Below the pieces are notes generated by a model. It ran no database searches. It was not told the origin of the DNA and saw only the letters and a program-made list of their open reading frames with translations. From Candidatus Moranbacteria bacterium GW2011_GWE2_35_2- (GTDB lineage: Bacteria; Patescibacteriota; Minisyncoccia; Moranbacterales; UBA9337), in assembly GCA_000990585.1 (NCBI GenBank), contig LBQD01000002.1, forward strand, positions 56,016 to 120,015: a stretch of DNA of 64,000 nt. Direction: 5' to 3'. Positions 58,729-64,000 of the stretch are shown one piece after another; position 1 is the first letter of the stretch; the number at the start of each line of letters is the position of its first letter. The translations under genes and the position numbers were made by a program.

Positions 58729-59340
58729 ATGGAGCAAACAGGACAACAAATTTTTCAATTTCTTTCCCAATATGGGTATTGGGTGATGTTGCCTTTGATG
58801 ATTGTCGAAGGACCGATAGCGACTATTTTTGCGGCGACTTTGGCGGCACTCGGTGCTTTTAATGTTTGGATTGTGCTTATCTTTTCGATTTTGGGAGATT
58901 CGGTCGGAGATGTTTTGCTTTATGGTGCCGGATATAGGTGGGGAATGGGATTTGTGCGGAATTTTGGAAAATATATCGGCATTACGGAAAAATTGGTTCT
59001 CAAAATGGAAAAATATTTTGCCAGTCATGGAGGAAAAACTATTTTCGCGGTCAAATCGACCACCGGACTTTGCTGGGCGACTTTTACGGCGGCAGGGATC
59101 GTGAAAATGGATTTTCGAAAGTTTTTGAAATATTCTATTTTAGGCGGGGTGGTATGGAGCGGATTTTTGGTGGCGATGGGATATTTTTACGGCTATCTGT
59201 GGAGGGAAATCAGCCAATACATCGATTGGATCGGCTGGGCAATTGGAGGAGTAGCAGTAGTTTCATTTTTCGGCATAACTTTGTACAAAAAATACGAATC
59301 CAAAGAACTTTTTAAAAATAATAATGGAAATAATATATAA
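58729..59340 (+). CDS. DedA-family (VTT/SNARE-associated domain) membrane protein
   Basis: YGYWVMLPLMIVEGPIATIFAATLAALG...GYRWGMGFVRNFGKYIG pattern with four TM helices. Confidence 0.75.
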   Translation: MEQTGQQIFQFLSQYGYWVMLPLMIVEGPIATIFAATLAALGAFNVWIVLIFSILGDSVGDVLLYGAGYRWGMGFVRNFGKYIGITEKLVLKMEKYFASHGGKTIFAVKSTTGLCWATFTAAGIVKMDFRKFLKYSILGGVVWSGFLVAMGYFYGYLWREISQYIDWIGWAIGGVAVVSFFGITLYKKYESKELFKNNNGNNI

Positions 59341-59401
59341 AAAAGTAGAAGTATAAGATCCTGCTTTTTTTCTTGTCCAAAATTGAAAAATGGCATAAGA
59401 T

Positions 59402-60241
59402 TTGAGTATGATTGAGAATGCGAAAAAAATATTTGGTAAAGTTAAGGGCGCGGCGTTTGCCGACCCTTATGTTTTATATAAAAAAGAAAAACATCTTTTG
59501 AATCAGCCATTTTTTTTTCAAGGAAACAACGGTAAATCGATACTGTTGATTCATGGATGGACGACCACGCCGTATGAGTTGCGTCGGCTGGGAACATATT
59601 TGAATAAAAACGGATATACGGTTTATGCGCCGATGCTTTCCGGGCATGGAACAACTTCAAATGATTTGGAAGATGTGAGGTGGACGGACTGGGTTTATGA
59701 TGTTGAAATAGCTTATGAAAAACTTGCCAAAGAAAATGAAAAAGTTTTTGTAGTGGGAACTTCGATTGGGGCGAGCCTGGCTTTGATTTTAGCAAAAAAA
59801 CATCCGGAATTGTCTGGTATTGTTTTGATGGCGACTCCGTATAAATTGCGTTTGGAAAAAATAGTGGAATTTTTCATAACAATCGAAAGTAAATTTAGAA
59901 AATATCGAAAAAAGTTTTATCCGCCAACTTTTGGAAAAAGAGAAACGATTACGCGCTTAATTTCCTATCAAACCTATCCGATTAAAAATGTACTGGAGGC
60001 AGCGGAGGTTGTGCGGGAGGCAAGAAGAAATTTGAATTTGGTGAAGCAACCATGCTTATTGATGCAATCGACCAGTGATCATATTGTTTGCCGCAAAAGT
60101 ATGGAAAAAATTTACATTCAAATCAGTTCAAAGATAAAAGATATGAAATATATCAAAAGAGCTTATCATACTTTTATTTCCGATATCAAAAATGAGTATG
60201 TTTTTGATGATATTTTGGATTTTTTAAACCGATGCACATAG
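59402..60241 (+). CDS. Alpha/beta-hydrolase fold esterase/lipase
   Basis: Oxyanion LLIHGWTTTPYE; nucleophile elbow GTSIGASLA (GxSxG); C-terminal His region. Confidence 0.75.
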   Translation: MSMIENAKKIFGKVKGAAFADPYVLYKKEKHLLNQPFFFQGNNGKSILLIHGWTTTPYELRRLGTYLNKNGYTVYAPMLSGHGTTSNDLEDVRWTDWVYDVEIAYEKLAKENEKVFVVGTSIGASLALILAKKHPELSGIVLMATPYKLRLEKIVEFFITIESKFRKYRKKFYPPTFGKRETITRLISYQTYPIKNVLEAAEVVREARRNLNLVKQPCLLMQSTSDHIVCRKSMEKIYIQISSKIKDMKYIKRAYHTFISDIKNEYVFDDILDFLNRCT

Positions 60242-61383
60242 CGATTTTTACCAACAATTATCTTCCCAATCCGTATGGCGTTTCGGGTTCAATTGAAAGT
60301 TTCCGCAAGGAATTTGAGAAGATGGGGCACACGGTATATATTTTTGCTCCCGCCTGGAAAGGATATGAGGATGAAAATCCGAACGTTTTTCGTTATCCTT
60401 CTTTGGATATTGCCATAAAATTTCGTTTTCCACTTCCGATTCCATATTCCCACAAGATGGACAAAATCATTGCGGAATTGGATTTGGACATTATCCACTG
60501 CCAGCATCCCAATCTTCTTGGATTGGCGGCGAGCAAATGGGCGCGTAAAAAAAATATTCCTTTGATTTTCACTTGGCATACTTTGTATGATCAATACACA
60601 AATTTCGTTCCTTTTGTGCCAAAGAAAATGGCGGCAGATTGGATAATCAAAAAAGCGGCAAAATATGCCAATCAGGCGGATGCGGTGGTTGTTCCTACTC
60701 TTTCAGTGAAAAATATTATTCAAAAATGGGGAGTGTCCAACGAAAATATCGTTGCGATTTCAACCGGGGTGGATGAAAAGGATTTTGAAGGTGCCGATGG
60801 AGAGAGTATTCGAAAAAAATACAATATTAGCGAGGATGAAATTTTACTGCTTTTGGTTTCTCGATTAACGGAAGAAAAGAATATGCAATTTTTGTTCGAA
60901 GCGATGTTTGATGTTTTGAAAAAAAAGAGTAATGCGAAGTTTTTGATTGCCGGAGGCGGGTATTTGCAAAAAGTTTTGGAAGAAAAAAGCAAAGATGAAA
61001 AATTGGACAGCAGAATATTTTTTTCCGGAGAAGTCGGTCGCGATCAAGTGAAGAATTTTTATGCCGGAGCGGATATTTTTGTCTATGCTTCTAAAAGCGA
61101 AACGCAGGGGATGATTATTTCCGAGGCGATGTATTCCGGGCTTCCGGTGGTGGCGGTAAACGCGACGGGTATTTGCGATTTGGTTATTGATGGAAAAACC
61201 GGATACTTGGTAGCTGAAAATAAAAAAGAATTCAGTGATGCGGTTTTTGATTTGGCTGGCGATGAAAATAAAAGAAAATTGTTTGGTGAAAATTCCAAAA
61301 AAGTAGCTATGGAAAATTACACTTCAAAAGTTTGCGCAAAAAAAATGATTGAGTTGTATGAAAGGATAAAGACAAAAAAATAA
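60232..61383 (+). CDS. Glycosyltransferase family 4 (GT-B, group 1)
   Basis: N-terminal IAIFTNNYLPNPYGVSG; C-terminal E-x7-E-like motif ETQGMIISEAMYSGLPVVAV. Confidence 0.8.
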   Translation: MHIAIFTNNYLPNPYGVSGSIESFRKEFEKMGHTVYIFAPAWKGYEDENPNVFRYPSLDIAIKFRFPLPIPYSHKMDKIIAELDLDIIHCQHPNLLGLAASKWARKKNIPLIFTWHTLYDQYTNFVPFVPKKMAADWIIKKAAKYANQADAVVVPTLSVKNIIQKWGVSNENIVAISTGVDEKDFEGADGESIRKKYNISEDEILLLLVSRLTEEKNMQFLFEAMFDVLKKKSNAKFLIAGGGYLQKVLEEKSKDEKLDSRIFFSGEVGRDQVKNFYAGADIFVYASKSETQGMIISEAMYSGLPVVAVNATGICDLVIDGKTGYLVAENKKEFSDAVFDLAGDENKRKLFGENSKKVAMENYTSKVCAKKMIELYERIKTKK

Positions 61384-61797
61384 TAAAATATTTTTTCTTT
61401 ATAATCTCTCTGTCATTTCCGCGAAGGCGGGAATCTAGAAAATTTCTAATAAAAAAAAGCGCCCCGTCACTTTATTTCGATGCGCTGTCGAATAAGATCA
61501 GGGGCTAGGGGCGGGGGAGGAGTTATGTTTAATGAGTTGTTTTTTCCAAAAATTTTTTAAAAGTATTTCCAACGGTACCGTCGGAAAACTTTATTTTTAC
61601 CCTTTTTTCCCCTTGGCAGTTGCCAAGGGTATCGAGTATGATAACAACCTCTCCATGAAGGTTATCATTTGGATGTTCTTCAGAAATTTCATATTTTTTC
61701 ATATTTTTTTTCTCCCCATCTTTTATGGTATTTTCAAAAAACTCCCTCCGTTCCCATATGCCGATTTTTACTCAGAATTTGATTTTTGTCAAGGATT

Positions 61798-63969
61798 TTA
61801 TTCTAAATGCACGTTTTGTTTGAATTTTTTCAGTTCTTTTTGCAGGAGTGGATGGTTTTCCAACTTGGGATCATTTTTGAGTAGATTGAGCGCTTCTTGG
61901 CGGGAAATTTCGATTAGTTTGATATTACCCAGGTTTTCCATTGTAATATCGGGCAATCCCGATTGGCGCGAGCCCAGAAATTCTCCCGGACCGCGAAGTT
62001 TCAAATCCTTTTCCGCGATATCAAATCCGCTGGAATATTTTTCCATAGTTTTCAATCTGGCATTAGATGACGCGCCGAAAAGAAAACAATATGATTGAAA
62101 ATCTCCGCGTCCCACGCGTCCGCGAAATTGGTGAAGCTGAGAGAGTCCGAAGCGGTCGGCATCCTCGATAATCATAATCGTGGCATTGGGAATGTCGACT
62201 CCAACTTCGACAACGGAAGTGGAAACCAAAATATTATATTCTTTATTCTTGAAAGCTTGCATTGTTTCTTCTTTTTCTTTTGATTTCAATCTTCCGTGGA
62301 GCAGGCCCAATTTCAAATCGGGAAATATTTTTTCCGATAATCTTTGGTGTTCGCTCACGGCCGCTTTGACTTCGCTCATGGCTTTGGACTGCTCCACGAG
62401 CGGTAAAATGACAAAAACTTGTCGACCTTGTTGAATTTGATCGCGAACAAAGTCATATATCTTTTTTCTTTCAATCGGCGCGACAACTTTTGTGATGATT
62501 TCTTTTCTGTTTTTCGGCATTTCGTCCAAAAGGGAAATATCCAAGTTGCCAAAAAATGCCATCGTCAAGGTTCTGGGTATCGGAGTGGCGGTCATAGTTA
62601 ACAGATGAGGTATTTTGTTCTTTACTCCATCAGATATTTCAGTTGTTTGCTGTTGGAGAAAAGCGCGCTGTCCGACACCGAACCGATGCTGTTCATCGAC
62701 AATAACCAACGCCAGTTTTCCAAACCGCACATCTTTTTGAATCAAAGCGTGAGTACCTATTACTATACTCATCTTCATTTCTTTTATAAATCGAAGTAAA
62801 TCATCGCGCTTTACTTTTGTAGTATTTCTGGAAAAATTTTCAATTTTCAATTTATAATTTTCAAACAATTTTAAATTTTTAATGTCTGAATTTTTATTAT
62901 GCGATATTAGTTGATAAGAGTTTGTTAATAGAGAAATATTTATATTATAGTCTTTAAATATTTTGCAAAAACTTTCAAAATGTTGGAGGGCGAGAACTTC
63001 GGTGGGTGCCATAATGGCGACTTGATGACCGAAAGAAGCGACCTTGAGAGCGGCAATGGCGGCGACAATGGTTTTTCCGCTTCCCACATCTCCATTGAGC
63101 AAGCGATTCATTGGGTGGGATTTTTCCAGATCGGACAGGATTTGCTTTGTTGCTTTTTTTTGCGCGCCGGTAAGTTCAAACGGCAATCCCTTGATGAATT
63201 CATCAGTTATATTTTCTTTATCTTTGATCGCAACTGCGCTTTCATTTTCCCACTGCGAGCGGATTTGCAATGATTTCAATTGTAGGAGAAACATTTCGGA
63301 AAAGGCGAATCTTTTGCGGGCGATTTTGAAATGGTTTTCGGTTTTTGGGAAATGGGCAAAAATCAAAGATTTTTTCAAGTCGTGCAGATTGAGTTTCTCC
63401 ACGATTTTTTCGGGAAGCGGATCGTCAATCTCAAAATCACTTTGAAAAATATTTCCGATTTGCCAGCGGATCCATTTGGAAGAAATGCCTTCCGTTTCCG
63501 GATAAATTGGAACCAGTCGTCCGGTATGGGTAGCATCGCGCGAAGAAAATTCCCATGCCGGATTGGATATGGACAAACCTTTTTTTCCGAGTATTATTTT
63601 TCCGCTTAGACGTAGCTCCTTGCCTTCTTTCAATGCACTCGCCAAATAGCGCTGATTGAACCATACCGCTTGAATACTTCCGCTGTCATCGGAAATGACC
63701 GTTTCAGTAAGTTGCATTTTTCTTTTGGTCCAGCTTTTTCGGGCATTGACCGAAATAATTTTTCCAATAACAGTAGCTTGTTCTCCGACAACGACTTCGG
63801 AAATTGGAATAACCTTGGAATAATCCTCATAGCGAAAAGGCAAATGAAAAATCAAATCACGCAGAGTAAAAATCCCCAGTCTGTGAAGCGCTTTGATGTG
63901 AGAAACTCGAATCCCGGATATTTCTTCAATTTTTTGTTCCAAATCAACCATAAATTCAGTATATAGCAT
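61798..63969 (-). CDS. recG: ATP-dependent DNA helicase RecG
   Basis: Walker A GDVGSGKTIVAAIAAL; DEQH box VIVDEQHRFGV; C-terminal helicase motifs; N-terminal wedge-domain region; 723 aa. Confidence 0.85.
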   Translation of the reverse strand: MLYTEFMVDLEQKIEEISGIRVSHIKALHRLGIFTLRDLIFHLPFRYEDYSKVIPISEVVVGEQATVIGKIISVNARKSWTKRKMQLTETVISDDSGSIQAVWFNQRYLASALKEGKELRLSGKIILGKKGLSISNPAWEFSSRDATHTGRLVPIYPETEGISSKWIRWQIGNIFQSDFEIDDPLPEKIVEKLNLHDLKKSLIFAHFPKTENHFKIARKRFAFSEMFLLQLKSLQIRSQWENESAVAIKDKENITDEFIKGLPFELTGAQKKATKQILSDLEKSHPMNRLLNGDVGSGKTIVAAIAALKVASFGHQVAIMAPTEVLALQHFESFCKIFKDYNINISLLTNSYQLISHNKNSDIKNLKLFENYKLKIENFSRNTTKVKRDDLLRFIKEMKMSIVIGTHALIQKDVRFGKLALVIVDEQHRFGVGQRAFLQQQTTEISDGVKNKIPHLLTMTATPIPRTLTMAFFGNLDISLLDEMPKNRKEIITKVVAPIERKKIYDFVRDQIQQGRQVFVILPLVEQSKAMSEVKAAVSEHQRLSEKIFPDLKLGLLHGRLKSKEKEETMQAFKNKEYNILVSTSVVEVGVDIPNATIMIIEDADRFGLSQLHQFRGRVGRGDFQSYCFLFGASSNARLKTMEKYSSGFDIAEKDLKLRGPGEFLGSRQSGLPDITMENLGNIKLIEISRQEALNLLKNDPKLENHPLLQKELKKFKQNVHLE

Positions 63970-64000
63970 TTGGTATTTTGGATAAAGTATTTCCTGATTA

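Noticed and set aside
61532-62098. 188-aa plus-strand ORF
   Set aside because: It is antisense to the recG 3' region, with implausible Phe/Ser-rich composition.

Overview
This is a low-GC (about 33-35%), gene-dense bacterial chromosome segment. Most native genes lack Shine-Dalgarno sequences, proteins are small, and there are three TrmB-like regulators, a four-helix-bundle ('23S rRNA IVS') protein and a type IV pilus cluster. From this I infer a Patescibacteria/CPR-like organism. I could not run homology searches, so all protein calls rest on sequence motifs I read directly.

Recognisable housekeeping genes are xerC/D, uvrD/pcrA, cca, ogt, recQ, rpsO, gyrA, trpS, a phosphohexomutase, ybaB, ychF, valS, tsaD and recG. 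There are also 11 tRNA genes, a histidine kinase/response regulator pair, and a pilB-pilC-pilins-pilM-pilN-pilO locus.

The accessory or unusual content is:
- a 1.1-kb AT-rich non-coding hub with five perfect copies of an 18-bp palindrome plus DnaA-box-like sites;
- an AbiEi/AbiEii-like module inserted between duplicated recQ 5' ends, next to a comF-like gene remnant;
- a compositionally foreign island at about 31.5-35.3 kb (GC-rich, Shine-Dalgarno-bearing hypothetical genes punctuated by a repeated hairpin element) led by an 843-aa protein with a C-terminal GNAT-like domain;
- degenerate partial copies of tRNA ends flanking several tRNA genes;
- in-frame simple-repeat insertions in tsaD;
- several repeated gene-end fragments and palindromes.
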